Assembly (NCBI GenBank): GCA_046094945.1
Contig: JBJTIJ010000237.1
Coordinates: 1-35,379 of the forward strand
Reading direction: 5' to 3'
DNA from: Planctomycetia bacterium
Lineage (GTDB): Bacteria; Planctomycetota; PLA2; JAEUHO01
Length of the DNA: 35,379 nt
Shown piece by piece: positions 1 through 11,743 of the stretch. Within the stretch, counting starts at the first letter, position 1. The number at the start of each line of letters is the position of its first letter. The notes beneath the pieces were generated by a model. The model made no database searches, was not told the DNA's origin, and was given only the letters and a program-made list of their open reading frames with translations. A program made the translations under genes and the position numbers.

Positions 1-23
1 GCTACGGCAGCCCCGACGGCTAG
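1..23 (+). CDS. 3' end of an upstream gene (partial, ...YGSPDG-stop)
   Basis: Frame from position 3 reads tac ggc agc ccc gac ggc tag with GC3-biased codons, followed by a GC hairpin; too short to identify. Confidence 0.3.
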
Positions 24-31
24 GCGCGCCG

Positions 32-49
32 CGCGGGCCGGCGCCCGCG
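32..49 (+). terminator. GC hairpin after upstream stop codon (possible terminator without U-tract)
   Basis: CGCGGGC-cggc-GCCCGCG 7-bp stem 8 nt after TAG at 21-23; no poly-T. Confidence 0.25.
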
Positions 50-110
50 TCAGCAGACCCTCGCTCGCAGACTGCCCCCCGACCCGATGCCCCCTGCTGG
101 AGATCGCCCC

Positions 111-413
111 ATGCGCATCCTTCCCCTCGTGGCCGTGCTGGCCAGCGCACTGGCCCTCGCGGGCTGCAGCGCCGCCCAGGCCTCGTCGTCGAGCCAGCTG
201 CCCGCGCCGGCCTCTGGCACGGCCTGGCGGCTGGTCGGCGCCGAGGGCAGCCAGGAACTGCAGGGCACGCTGCCCGCCGGCACGCGCGTGCTGGGCATCG
301 ACCCCTCCGGCACCATCCGTGCCGTGCTGCCCGCCTCGCCCGAGACGCAGCAGGCCCAGCCGCTGCTGGCGCCCGGCACCTTTGGCGCGCTGCAGGTGCG
401 CTCGGCGCCCTAG
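111..413 (+). CDS. Small lipoprotein, hypothetical (100 aa)
   Basis: ATG at 111 with GGAG at 99-102; MRILPLVAVLASALALAG-C signal peptide with canonical LAGC lipobox, Ser/Pro linker, then a short beta-rich domain. Confidence 0.75.
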   Translation: MRILPLVAVLASALALAGCSAAQASSSSQLPAPASGTAWRLVGAEGSQELQGTLPAGTRVLGIDPSGTIRAVLPASPETQQAQPLLAPGTFGALQVRSAP

Positions 414-426
414 CGAGCGCGCGCGC

Positions 427-2988
427 TCACTCCTGCCGCCGCAGGGCCTCGGCCAGCAGCCCCAGCAGGCGTGCGAGGTCGGCTTCGCGCTCGGGCCCGA
501 GGTGCTGGCGCAGCCCGGGGCTGGAGAGCAGGCGACGCCCCATGCGGTCGCCTTGCTGCCAGGCGAGGCGGTCGGTGGCCCGCGCGGCCAGCAGCACGCC
601 TTCCAGCAGGCGGTCGGCCGCCAGCGGGCCCTCGCCCAGCGTGCCCGCCTGCGCCTCGAGCGTGCCCAGCAGCTCGCGCCGCGCGGCCTCGACCTCGGCA
701 GGCCCGTAGGGACCGCCCAGCACGGAGGCGAGCAGCGTGCGGGCCGCCGCGAGGTCTTGCAGGGCCGCGTCGCGGCCGCCGGGCTCGCCGGCGCGGGCCG
801 CCGCGCGTGCCACGAGGCTGCGTGCCTGCGCGCGCACCAGCACGGGCCGCGGGCCGCGGGCCGCGCTGCCGGCGGCCCGCGCCGCCCAGGCCACGGCCGG
901 GTCCGCCCCGCCCGGCAGGGCCGCGACGCTGGCCAGCGCCTCGGCCACGCGCGCGTCGCCGGCTGGACCCGTGCGTACCACGGCCTCCAGCAAGCCGGGC
1001 AGCAGGTCCTGCGCGGCGGGCTGCCCGCGCTCGCCCCACCAGGCCACCAGGCGCGGCAGCGCCTCGGCGTCGGCCAGGGCCACGGCCGTGCGGCCGGCCT
1101 CGATGCGCAACGCGGCGTCGCCACCGGGCTCCAGCCCGGCGCGCACGGCCGCGCGCACGGCCTCCAGCAGCCCCTCGCCCAGCGCGGGGGCGGCCACGAG
1201 CCCGCGCAGGCGCTTGAGTGCCTCCACGCGCCGCAGCGCGCCGTCGCGCTGGGCGGCCGACTGCTCCAGCAGCGCCGCCAGCGCCGCCGCGCCGCGGCGG
1301 GCGCCCTCCTCGCCGCTGAGCAGCATCTGGCCCAGCGACTCGATGGCCAGCAAGGCCTCCGTGTCGCCGTCCACGCCCGGCGCCAGCGCCGTGCGCAGCA
1401 GGCCGCGCACCACGCCATCCTCCGGGTAGGCCGCCAGGCTGCGGAAGGCCTGCATGCGCACGCGCGGCTGCGTGGCCCGCTCCCAGAGCGCGCCACCCTC
1501 GAGGATGCCGTCCAGCGCCTCGATGGCCGCCTGCGGGTCGCTGGCGCGCACGCCCTCGCGGCCCAGCGCACCGGCCACGGCCGTGCGCAGCCGCTCGCGC
1601 GCCTGCACGCCCTCAGGGAGCGCCAGCTGCGTGAGGTCGTAGAAGGGCTTGAGCCAGGCCTTCACCTCCAGCCCCGGCGAGCGGCCCACGGCCCGCACCA
1701 GTTCCACCACCTCGTCCACGTCCTCGGCGGCCAGCGTGCCGCGCTCGAGCACGGCCACCACCTGGCGGCGCACCTGCTCGGTGGCCCCCAGGTCGCCCAG
1801 CAGCGTCACCAGCCGCTGGCGCAGGGCCGGCCCGTCGCGGAAGGCCGCGTCCACCAGCCGCCGCTGCAGCGCATCGGCCACGAGGCGGCAGCACGCGGCG
1901 GGACTGCCGCCGAAGCCGCGCTCGCCGAGCTGGTCGAGGGCCGCCTCCACCACCGAGCCCTCGGGCGTGCGGGCCAGCACGGCCGCGTAGAAGGCCTCCC
2001 ACGCCGGCGTGGGCACCGGCTGCAGGCGCGCGGCGCGCTCGAGGGCGGCCGCGTGGTGCTCGGGGTAGGGGAAGCTGGTGCCCTCGAACACGCTGGCGAG
2101 CTCGGCGGGACTGCCCATCGCGCGGATGGCGCTCACGCCGTGCAGCACGGCCAGGCTGCGGTCGCGGTCCGCGGCCGTCTTGAGGCCCGAGAAGTGGCGC
2201 AGGCGCCGCAGCGTGCTCCAGCCGCGCGTGCGCTCCAGCTCCGGCAGGGCCACGTCCAGGCTGCCGAAGCGGTAGACCAGCAACCGCTCCACGGCCTCCA
2301 GCAGCACGCCCAGCTCGGCGTCGCGCTCGGCCCCGGCCGGCTCGCCACGCAGGCGCCGGGCGTGGCGCTCGAGGTCGTCCACCACGCGCCCGGCGCGCGG
2401 CCCCTCCTCGCAGGCGAGGAAGCGCAGTGCCGCCATGCGCTCGGCGGCCGTGCGCCCGCTGCGCGCCTCCAGCGTGGCCAGCGCGTTGTCCAGCAGCCGC
2501 TCCCAGCCCGGGGCCTGCTCGGTGAGCGGGTCCACGGCCAGGGCGTCGCGCAGCTGGGCCACGAAGGCCCCGTCGGCGGCCGCACGCTGGAAGATGGCAT
2601 CGGCCAGCAGTACCACGGCCAGCCGGCCCGAGCCCGCCCCCGTCACCGGGCTCTCGGCCAGCTGCTTGGCCGCGGCCACCAGCAGCTCGGGGCTCGCACC
2701 CAGCTCGGTACGGCTGAACAGCGGGCCCAGCGTGGCGCCCACCTGCTCGGCCGGGCGCGCCAGGATCAGCTTGAGCGCGCCCTCGCGCTCGCCCTGCGTG
2801 CGGGCCCGCAGCAGGCGCTCGCGCAGCTGCTCGACGCCCTCGTCGGAACGCGCCAGGGCAGGTGCGGGGGCTCCCAGCAGCAGCACGCCCAGCAGCAGGC
2901 CCAGCAGGCCGGCGCCGCGCGCCAGGGCGCGCGCGCGGGCGCCGCGCGGGCCGCGCCAGGGTCGCGGGCGGGCCATCGGGCTGGGCAT
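427..2988 (-). CDS. Exported HEAT/ARM-like alpha-solenoid protein (853 aa)
   Basis: GGAG 5 nt before ATG 2988; Arg-rich n-region, hydrophobic GLLGLLLGVLLLG and PALA cleavage site; Leu/Ala-rich helical body with HEAT-like units (PRVRMQAFRSLAAY, ALRIEAGRTAVALADAEALPRLV, ALRQRLVTLLGDLG). Confidence 0.75.
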   Translation of the reverse strand: MPSPMARPRPWRGPRGARARALARGAGLLGLLLGVLLLGAPAPALARSDEGVEQLRERLLRARTQGEREGALKLILARPAEQVGATLGPLFSRTELGASPELLVAAAKQLAESPVTGAGSGRLAVVLLADAIFQRAAADGAFVAQLRDALAVDPLTEQAPGWERLLDNALATLEARSGRTAAERMAALRFLACEEGPRAGRVVDDLERHARRLRGEPAGAERDAELGVLLEAVERLLVYRFGSLDVALPELERTRGWSTLRRLRHFSGLKTAADRDRSLAVLHGVSAIRAMGSPAELASVFEGTSFPYPEHHAAALERAARLQPVPTPAWEAFYAAVLARTPEGSVVEAALDQLGERGFGGSPAACCRLVADALQRRLVDAAFRDGPALRQRLVTLLGDLGATEQVRRQVVAVLERGTLAAEDVDEVVELVRAVGRSPGLEVKAWLKPFYDLTQLALPEGVQARERLRTAVAGALGREGVRASDPQAAIEALDGILEGGALWERATQPRVRMQAFRSLAAYPEDGVVRGLLRTALAPGVDGDTEALLAIESLGQMLLSGEEGARRGAAALAALLEQSAAQRDGALRRVEALKRLRGLVAAPALGEGLLEAVRAAVRAGLEPGGDAALRIEAGRTAVALADAEALPRLVAWWGERGQPAAQDLLPGLLEAVVRTGPAGDARVAEALASVAALPGGADPAVAWAARAAGSAARGPRPVLVRAQARSLVARAAARAGEPGGRDAALQDLAAARTLLASVLGGPYGPAEVEAARRELLGTLEAQAGTLGEGPLAADRLLEGVLLAARATDRLAWQQGDRMGRRLLSSPGLRQHLGPEREADLARLLGLLAEALRRQE

Positions 2989-3026
2989 GCAGGCTCCGGG
3001 GATCGCGGGCGGCCCCGGGCCTGCGT

Positions 3027-5057
3027 TCAGGCCGGGGCGGCCCCCGCCCCTTCAGGTCGGCGCGCGCGGGCCTCGAATCCAGCCCAGTGCTCGTGCAGGC
3101 GCTGCAGCAGGGCCTCGAGCGGCAGCGCGGCGTCCACGCGCAGCGTGGCCACCGCGGCGTAGTGCGGGTCGCGCCGCGCCTTGAGCGCGCGGCTCTCCTC
3201 CAGCGGCGAGCGCGCCCCGCCCAGCAGCGGACGCGGGCTGGGGTCGCCCTGCACGCGCTCGGCCGAGAGGTCGGCCGTGACGTCGAGCCAGGCCACGGGG
3301 CCCAGCGCGGCCAGCCATGCCGCATGCTCGCGCCGCTCCAGCACGCCGCCGCCCGTGGCCACCACCAAGCCGCGGCGGCCCGCGAGCCCGGCCAGCGCGC
3401 GGGCTTCCACGGCCCGGAAGGCCTCCAGCCCGGCGCGCTCGATCCAGGCCGCCGTGCTGCGGCCCGTCTGGCGCTGCACCTCGGCATCCAGGTCCACGAA
3501 GGGCCGGCCCAGCCGGCGTGCCAGCGCCCGGCCCACGAAGGTCTTGCCGGCGCCGCGCAGGCCCACCAGCACCAGCGAGGAGCGTGGGCGCAGCGCCAGC
3601 CACAGCACGTCGCCCAGCGTCCCCGGCTCGAGGCCCGCCGGGCGCGCGCCGCCCGGCACGCCGGCGGCAAGGAAGCGCGCCGCCTGACCGCGGGCCTGCG
3701 CCAGCAGCAGCGACTCGCCGTCCAGCAGCGGGGCCTGCTGGGCGCGCGCCTGTGCCGCCAGCCACGTGGCCTCGCCGGGCAGCGCATAGGGCGCATCCAG
3801 CACCCACAGGCCGCGCAGTCCGTCGTGCGAGCCATCGCGCACGCCCTGCGCCAGCGCGGCCACGGGCGTGCCGTCGCTGCCAGCCGGCGTGGCGTTCACC
3901 AGCACCGCATCGCGTGCCTCGCGCGTCCAGCGCGCGCCGGCGAAGGGCACCCCCGCCCACGCGGCCAGCGCAGCGCCGCGCCCGGCGTCGCGCGCCACGA
4001 CGCGGGCGGCGTAGCCGGCCTCGCGCAGCGCCACGAGGGCTGCGCGCGCGGTGCCGCCGGCCCCGTGCACCACGGCCGTGGCCCCGGGAGCAGCCACCGG
4101 CAGCGCCGCCAGCATGCCCTCCACATCGGTGTTGGAGGCGCGCCAGCCGCCGTCGGCCCGGCGCACCAGCGTGTTGGCGGCGCCCACCTCGCGGGCCAGT
4201 GGCTCGGCCTCGTCGGCCAGCGCCAGCGCGCGCTCCTTCCACGGCGCCGTCACGCTGTAGCCCGCGAAGGGCAGGTCCAGCGCCGCCTCCAGCGCAAGTC
4301 CCGGCAGCGGCACGTAGAGCGCGGGACGGCCCTGCGCACGGAACACGGCGTTGTGCAGCGCCGGCGAGGGCGACCACGCCGGGGGCTCGCCCAGCAGCCC
4401 GAAGAGCGCGGCCGAGGCCGGCACCTCGCCGGCGCGCAACTCGTCGAGCAGCGCCTGCAGCGGCGGCGGCAGGCCCGGCGCGGCCTGCGCCGCGCCGCCC
4501 GCGAGCGCGGGGCTGCCGTAGAGCAGCGCCGCCTGCGCGTCCAGGCAACGCAGCGCAGCCAGCGGCCCGGTGGGCATCCAGGCGTGCCTCGGCCCGCCCA
4601 CCCCCACCAATGCATCGCGGAAGCGCTCCAGCCCGGCAGCGCCGTCGAGGCCTCCGGCGTGCTTCACCACGGAGCAGGGCAGTGCGGGCGGCGCGGGCGG
4701 CGCGAAGCACGCTGCGTGCGAGGAGGCCACCACCTGCACGCCCGGCGGCAACGCACCCAGCAGCCCCAGCACCGGCGCCTCGGCATCCAGCCAGGCGGCG
4801 CCCGCCTCGACGGCCGCGCGCAGCCAGGCCGCAGCCTCGCCCGGCGTGCCCGCAAAGCTGCCGCCCTCGGCCACGCTGCGCACGGTGGCCAGCACCGGGC
4901 GCGGGCTGGCGGCCACCCACGCCTCCAGCTGCGCCGGCTCGCGCGCGCCGCAGAGCAGGTCCAGCCGCAGCTCGACGAGGTCGGCGCAGGCCGGCAGCGC
5001 CGCGAGGTCGGCAGGCACCTGCACCTGCGGCGGGCAGGCCACGATCACGTGCAGCAT
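3027..5057 (-). CDS. aroE: Trifunctional type I 3-dehydroquinate dehydratase / shikimate dehydrogenase / shikimate kinase fusion (AroD-AroE-AroK, 676 aa)
   Basis: ATG at 5057 overlaps ispE stop (TGATG). AroD: DLVELRLD, ATVR..EGG, SSH, VVK. AroE: SPSP.LHN, SVTAPWK, ANT, NTD, GAGG, NATP. AroK: GLRGAGKT Walker A, DLD, FR..E, ATGGG, RPLL, R...Y. Confidence 0.9.
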   Translation of the reverse strand: MLHVIVACPPQVQVPADLAALPACADLVELRLDLLCGAREPAQLEAWVAASPRPVLATVRSVAEGGSFAGTPGEAAAWLRAAVEAGAAWLDAEAPVLGLLGALPPGVQVVASSHAACFAPPAPPALPCSVVKHAGGLDGAAGLERFRDALVGVGGPRHAWMPTGPLAALRCLDAQAALLYGSPALAGGAAQAAPGLPPPLQALLDELRAGEVPASAALFGLLGEPPAWSPSPALHNAVFRAQGRPALYVPLPGLALEAALDLPFAGYSVTAPWKERALALADEAEPLAREVGAANTLVRRADGGWRASNTDVEGMLAALPVAAPGATAVVHGAGGTARAALVALREAGYAARVVARDAGRGAALAAWAGVPFAGARWTREARDAVLVNATPAGSDGTPVAALAQGVRDGSHDGLRGLWVLDAPYALPGEATWLAAQARAQQAPLLDGESLLLAQARGQAARFLAAGVPGGARPAGLEPGTLGDVLWLALRPRSSLVLVGLRGAGKTFVGRALARRLGRPFVDLDAEVQRQTGRSTAAWIERAGLEAFRAVEARALAGLAGRRGLVVATGGGVLERREHAAWLAALGPVAWLDVTADLSAERVQGDPSPRPLLGGARSPLEESRALKARRDPHYAAVATLRVDAALPLEALLQRLHEHWAGFEARARRPEGAGAAPA

Positions 5058-5923
5058 CAGCCCATCCTCGCCACGACCACGCGACCCAGGCCCTGCAGCG
5101 CGCGCGCCTGCCGGCCGGCCTCGTCGGCGTCGTCCACCACGTCGTAGAGCGTGCTGCCGCTGCCCGTGAGCGCCGGCGCACGGCCCAGGCGCCGCTCCAC
5201 CTCGGAGGTGAAGCGCGTGAAGGCCGGGGCGGCGCGCCTCGCGGGCAGCGCCAGCGCGTTCCAGTGCGCGGCGCGCAGCCCGGCGGCCGGGCCGCCGGCC
5301 AGCGCGGCGCAGGCGCGCGCCAGCGTGAGCCCCTCGGGGCGGCGCAGGCGCTCGGCAGCGTGCGCGAAGACCTGCGCCGTGGCGTGCGGCCAGGGCGGGG
5401 TCACCAGCACCACGTGGCGCGGCGCCACGGCATGCACGGGCTCCAGCCGCTCGCCGCGGCCACGCCCCAGCGCCGCCCGCGCCGGCAGCAGGAAGAAGGG
5501 CACGTCGCTGCCCAGCCCCAGCGCCACGCGCGCCAGCGCCTCGGGGCCCAGCCCCGCGCCGGGGCCGCACAGCGCCTGCAGCTGGCGCAGCACGCAGGCG
5601 GCATCGCTGCTGCCGCCGCCCAGCCCCCCGCCGGCCGGCACGCGCTTCTCCAGCACGATGCGCACGCCGCGCACGGGCGCCTGCGCGCCCAGCGCCTCCA
5701 GCCAGGCCGCGGCCGCGCGCACCGCCAGGTTCTCGCCCGTGGCGGGCACGCCGGCGGCCTCGCCTGCCAGCTCCAGCTCCACGCCGGGCTGCGCGCGCGG
5801 CTCCACGCGCACCTCGTCGCCCCAGTCCAGCGCCACGAACAGCGACTCGAGCTCGTGGTAGCCGTCGGGCCGGCGCCCGAGCACGTCCAGCCACAGGTTG
5901 AGCTTGGCCGGCGCGAGCGCCAT
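5057..5923 (-). CDS. ispE: 4-diphosphocytidyl-2-C-methyl-D-erythritol kinase
   Basis: APAKLNL, DGYHELES, KRVPAGGGLGGGSSDAA (GHMP motif), LGSDVPFF, GRGE, TGSGS. Confidence 0.95.
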   Translation of the reverse strand: MALAPAKLNLWLDVLGRRPDGYHELESLFVALDWGDEVRVEPRAQPGVELELAGEAAGVPATGENLAVRAAAAWLEALGAQAPVRGVRIVLEKRVPAGGGLGGGSSDAACVLRQLQALCGPGAGLGPEALARVALGLGSDVPFFLLPARAALGRGRGERLEPVHAVAPRHVVLVTPPWPHATAQVFAHAAERLRRPEGLTLARACAALAGGPAAGLRAAHWNALALPARRAAPAFTRFTSEVERRLGRAPALTGSGSTLYDVVDDADEAGRQARALQGLGRVVVARMG

Positions 5924-5932
5924 GGCCCGCGC

Positions 5933-6304
5933 CTAGGGCCGCGACGTGCCCACGACCTGGTCGATCGTGTTGCCCTCGCCCACGAAGCACACCTTGGGCA
6001 CGTGCTGGCGCGCCTCGGCGTCCGTCATGGTGGCGAAGGACATGATCAGCACGCGGTCGCCGGGCTGGCACAGGCGCGCACAGCCGCCGTTCATGCCGAT
6101 CACCCCGCTGCCGGGCTCGCCCTCGAAGACGTAGGTCTCCAGGCGCGCGCCGTTCTCCAGGTTCACCACGAGCACCTTCTCGTGGGGCCAGAGGTCGACG
6201 GCGTCCAGGAGGGTGCGGTCGATCGTGATGCTGCCGACGTAGTTGAGGTCGGCCTGCGTCACGCGGGCACCGTGGATCTTGCTCTTGAGCAGGGTCCGTT
6301 GCAT
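5933..6304 (-). CDS. panD: Aspartate 1-decarboxylase (123 aa)
   Basis: [29 protein letters not shown] (Gly-Ser self-cleavage site), [24 protein letters not shown]; ATG at 6304. Confidence 0.97.
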   Translation of the reverse strand: MQRTLLKSKIHGARVTQADLNYVGSITIDRTLLDAVDLWPHEKVLVVNLENGARLETYVFEGEPGSGVIGMNGGCARLCQPGDRVLIMSFATMTDAEARQHVPKVCFVGEGNTIDQVVGTSRP

Positions 6305-6310
6305 GCGGGG

Positions 6311-6316
6311 ATGGTA
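6311..6316 (-). promoter_or_regulatory. Putative -10 element (TACCAT) for leaderless panD
   Basis: TANNNT 6 nt upstream of ATG, no SD; same geometry recurs at other starts in the window. Confidence 0.5.
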
Positions 6317-6359
6317 GCGGGCCCCGGGGCCGCGGCGAGGCCCGCCGGGCGAGGCACCC

Positions 6360-6390
6360 GCCCAAGGGGCGGCCGGGGGCCGCCCTGGGC
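6360..6390 (-). terminator. Strong GC hairpin between folK-panC and panD
   Basis: GGGCGGCC/GGCCGCCC 8-bp stem plus GCCCA/TGGGC outer stem about 25 nt after the panC stop; no U-tract. Confidence 0.35.
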
Positions 6391-6414
6391 TGCTGGGGGC
6401 CACGGGTGGCCGCC

Positions 6415-7794
6415 CTAGGCGCCCAGCAGCCAGCGGTTGTCCAGCAGCCGCGTGCTGCCGCAGCGCACCGTGGCCACGGCCAGCGAGGGCTGCGGGCCCA
6501 GCCGCGCCTGCGGCGCGAAGGAGGCGGGGTCGACCACCGCGAGGTAGTCCACGCCCAGCCCCGCCGCCTCGAGCCCCTGCCGGCCCAGGGCCACCAGCGC
6601 CGCCACGTCGTGCTGGCCGGCCGCGGCCGCCGCCTGCAGCGCGTCCAGCGCCCGCGGCAGGGCCCGCGCCGCGGCGCGCTCGGCCGGCGCGAGGTAGCGG
6701 TTGCGCGAGGAGAGCGCCAGGCCGTCGTCGTCCTTCACCGTGGGGCCCACCACGACCTGCACCGGCAGGTCCAGGTCGCGCACCATGCGCTGCACCACGG
6801 CCACCTGCTGCGCGTCCTTGCGCCCGAACCAGGCGCGCTGGGCGCGCGCGCGCAGCAGCAGCTTGAGCACCACGGTGGCCACGCCGCGGAAGTGGCCCGG
6901 CCGGCGCTCGCCCTCCAGGCCCAGCGCCGGGCCCTCGGGCACCACGTAGCTGGCGAAGCCCGGCGCGTAGAGGTCCTCGGCCGTGGGCACGTACACGGCA
7001 TCGGCCCCCGCCTCGGAGAGCACGGCCAGGTCGGACTCGAAGGTGCGCGGGTAGCGCGCGAAGTCCTCGTGCGGCCCGAACTGCAGCGGGTTGACGAAGA
7101 TGGTGGCCAGCACGGCGTCGCTCTCGGCGCGCGCCCGCCGCACCAGCGCGGCGTGGCCCGCGTGCAGCGCCCCCATCGTGGGCACCACGCCCACGCTGCC
7201 GGCCTGCCGCTCGCGCCAGGCCGCCAGCGCCTGCGCGTCGTCGAGCACCTGCACGCGCCGCCCCAGCGCCGGCAGCGCCAGGCGCGCAGCCGGCTGCAGC
7301 GCCGCGAAGGCCTGCGGCGCGCGCGCGCGCAGCCGCATGGCATGGGCCAGCACCGTGGCCCCGGTGCCCGCCACGGGCGCGAAGGGCGCCACCTCCTCCC
7401 ACGGCCCCAGCACGAAGGCGCGCTCGAGCGCGCGCGGGTGCGGCAGCGCCGGCGGCCCGGCCCGCACCTCCTCGCCCACGGCCAGCACGTCGAGGTCCAG
7501 GCTGCGCGCGGCGCTGCCGTCGCGCACGCGCCCGGCCTCCTGCTCGAGGCGCAGGCACAGCTCCAGCAGCGCGCCGGGGCCCAGCGGCGTGAGCACCTCC
7601 GCCACGCTGTTGAGCACCGGCGGGGCGCCGGCCAGCACGCTGCCGCCCGGGCCCACGAAGGGGCCGCTGACCGGCGCGGCCACCGCGGCCACGCGCACGC
7701 CGGCCGCCTCCAGCCCGCGCAGCGCCCCCTCCAGCAGCGTGGCGGCCTGCGGGTGCGTCGAGCCCAGGCCCAGGAAGGCCCGCGCCAGGCTCAT
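6415..7794 (-). CDS. panC: Fused 6-hydroxymethyl-7,8-dihydropterin pyrophosphokinase (FolK) / pantoate--beta-alanine ligase (PanC), 459 aa
   Basis: ATG at 7794 overlaps pssA stop (ATGA). FolK part: [34 protein letters not shown]. PanC part: [58 protein letters not shown]. Confidence 0.9.
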   Translation of the reverse strand: MSLARAFLGLGSTHPQAATLLEGALRGLEAAGVRVAAVAAPVSGPFVGPGGSVLAGAPPVLNSVAEVLTPLGPGALLELCLRLEQEAGRVRDGSAARSLDLDVLAVGEEVRAGPPALPHPRALERAFVLGPWEEVAPFAPVAGTGATVLAHAMRLRARAPQAFAALQPAARLALPALGRRVQVLDDAQALAAWRERQAGSVGVVPTMGALHAGHAALVRRARAESDAVLATIFVNPLQFGPHEDFARYPRTFESDLAVLSEAGADAVYVPTAEDLYAPGFASYVVPEGPALGLEGERRPGHFRGVATVVLKLLLRARAQRAWFGRKDAQQVAVVQRMVRDLDLPVQVVVGPTVKDDDGLALSSRNRYLAPAERAAARALPRALDALQAAAAAGQHDVAALVALGRQGLEAAGLGVDYLAVVDPASFAPQARLGPQPSLAVATVRCGSTRLLDNRWLLGA

Positions 7795-8684
7795 CGCCGC
7801 CCGCCAGGCGGCTCCACCACGGGGGCCTCTTCCTCCTCCTCGGGCGGCTCGGCCTCGTCCTCCTCCTCGCGCGAGGCCCAGCCGAAGCGGTCGGAGGCGC
7901 GCGCGGCCAGCGCCAGCGCCGGCCCGCTGAGCACGTAGAGCAGGAACAGGCCGGCCACCGTGGCCTCGAAGAACGAGATCACCAGCCAGATGGCCACGGC
8001 CGCGCCCACGATGGTGCCCAGCCCCGCGCCGCGGTCCACGTAGCGGTTCATGACGTGCGTGTAGGGCAGGCGGCTGATCATCAGCAGGCCCAGCACGGGG
8101 CACGAGAGCAGCACCGCCCAGTCCATCCACGGCAGGCCGTACTCGTGCTCGAGCAGCACGAGCGCCGCCACCGTGCCGGCGGCCGCCGGGCTGGGCAGGC
8201 CGCGGAAGGTGCGCGTGACGTGCGGGCCGGCGCCCACCGCCACGGCCGCCGACTCGGTGTTGTAGCGCGCCAGGCGCAGCGCGGCGCCCAGCGCGTAGAG
8301 CACGACCAGCCCCATGGCGATGCGCGGGGGCAGCGCCGTGCCCGAGGTCACCATCAGGGCCTTGGCCATCACGGCCGGCGTGGCGCCGAAGGTGACCACG
8401 TCGGCCAGGCTGTCGAGCTGCGCACCGAAGGGCGAGGTGACGCGCATCATGCGCGCGATACGGCCGTCGAGCGCGTCGCAGGCCATGCCCGCGAAGATCA
8501 TCCACGCCGCCAGCACCACGAAGTGCTCCTGGCGCGCGGCCGGCGCGTAGGCCGCGTCCACGAGGTAGGAGAGCGCCAGCACGCCGCAGAACAGGTTGCC
8601 CGCCGTCACCAGCGTGGGCAGCACCTTCACCACCTTGAGGCGGCGACGCGGGGGACGGGCCACGGGGGAGGCAGGCGCCGGCAT
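7791..8684 (-). CDS. pssA: CDP-alcohol phosphatidyltransferase, probably CDP-diacylglycerol--serine O-phosphatidyltransferase (297 aa)
   Basis: [22 protein letters not shown]...[17 protein letters not shown] signature, [26 protein letters not shown]; several TM helices; ATG at 8684. Confidence 0.88.
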   Translation of the reverse strand: MPAPASPVARPPRRRLKVVKVLPTLVTAGNLFCGVLALSYLVDAAYAPAARQEHFVVLAAWMIFAGMACDALDGRIARMMRVTSPFGAQLDSLADVVTFGATPAVMAKALMVTSGTALPPRIAMGLVVLYALGAALRLARYNTESAAVAVGAGPHVTRTFRGLPSPAAAGTVAALVLLEHEYGLPWMDWAVLLSCPVLGLLMISRLPYTHVMNRYVDRGAGLGTIVGAAVAIWLVISFFEATVAGLFLLYVLSGPALALAARASDRFGWASREEEDEAEPPEEEEEAPVVEPPGGRR

Positions 8685-8693
8685 CGTGCCCGC

Positions 8694-8699
8694 AGTGTA
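8694..8699 (-). promoter_or_regulatory. Putative -10 element (TACACT) for pssA run
   Basis: TANNNT 9 nt upstream of pssA ATG, no SD; in divergent intergenic region. Confidence 0.45.
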
Positions 8700-8763
8700 G
8701 GGGCGGGCCGCGCCCGGTGCCGGAGCGGCGCGCCTGCCTCCCTCGCGCGCACCCCCGGGGCGG

Positions 8764-8793
8764 TTGAGGCACGACGGCCCCCGGCGGTAGCCT
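8764..8793 (+). promoter_or_regulatory. Putative sigma70-type promoter of ppdK (TTGAGG-18 nt-TAGCCT)
   Basis: -35-like TTGAGG 8764-8769, -10-like TAGCCT 8788-8793, SD GGAG 8813-8816. Confidence 0.5.
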
Positions 8794-8823
8794 GCTGCGC
8801 CCCGCCCTGCCCGGAGCGCGCCG

Positions 8824-11608
<2,785 letters not shown>

Positions 11609-11613
<5 letters not shown>

Positions 11614-11696
11614 ACAGCGCGCCGGCACTTGCTGGACTGCCCACCCGCACCGGCTGGACAGCCCACCCGCACCGATGAACAGCCGACGGTGCACGG
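11609..11696 (+). repeat. Four degenerate ~22-bp tandem units, each starting with a GCTG-N2-CAGC-like dyad
   Basis: gctgaacagcgcgccggcactt (11609) / gctggactgcccacccgcaccg (11631) / gctggacagcccacccgcaccg (11653) / gatgaacagccgacggtgcacgg (11674); middle two differ at one base. Confidence 0.75.
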
Positions 11697-11708
11697 GGCC
11701 CGGCCCGG

Positions 11709-11736
11709 TATCCTCCCGCGCTCGGCAGCCGGGAGG
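11709..11736 (+). promoter_or_regulatory. Putative -10 (TATCCT) and SD (GGAGG) of eno
   Basis: TATCCT 11709-11714; GGAGG 11732-11736, 7 nt before ATG 11744. Confidence 0.5.
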
Positions 11737-11743
11737 ACCCGTC

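Noticed and set aside
3027-6365. Long N-terminal extensions in the ORF track for aroDEK, panD, pssA, eno, the vWA gene (17899), the barrel gene (27132) and the rod gene (30376)
   Set aside because: Extensions overlap neighbouring real genes in another frame and read as Arg/Pro/Gly noise; starts were reset to coupled, SD-led or -10-led codons.
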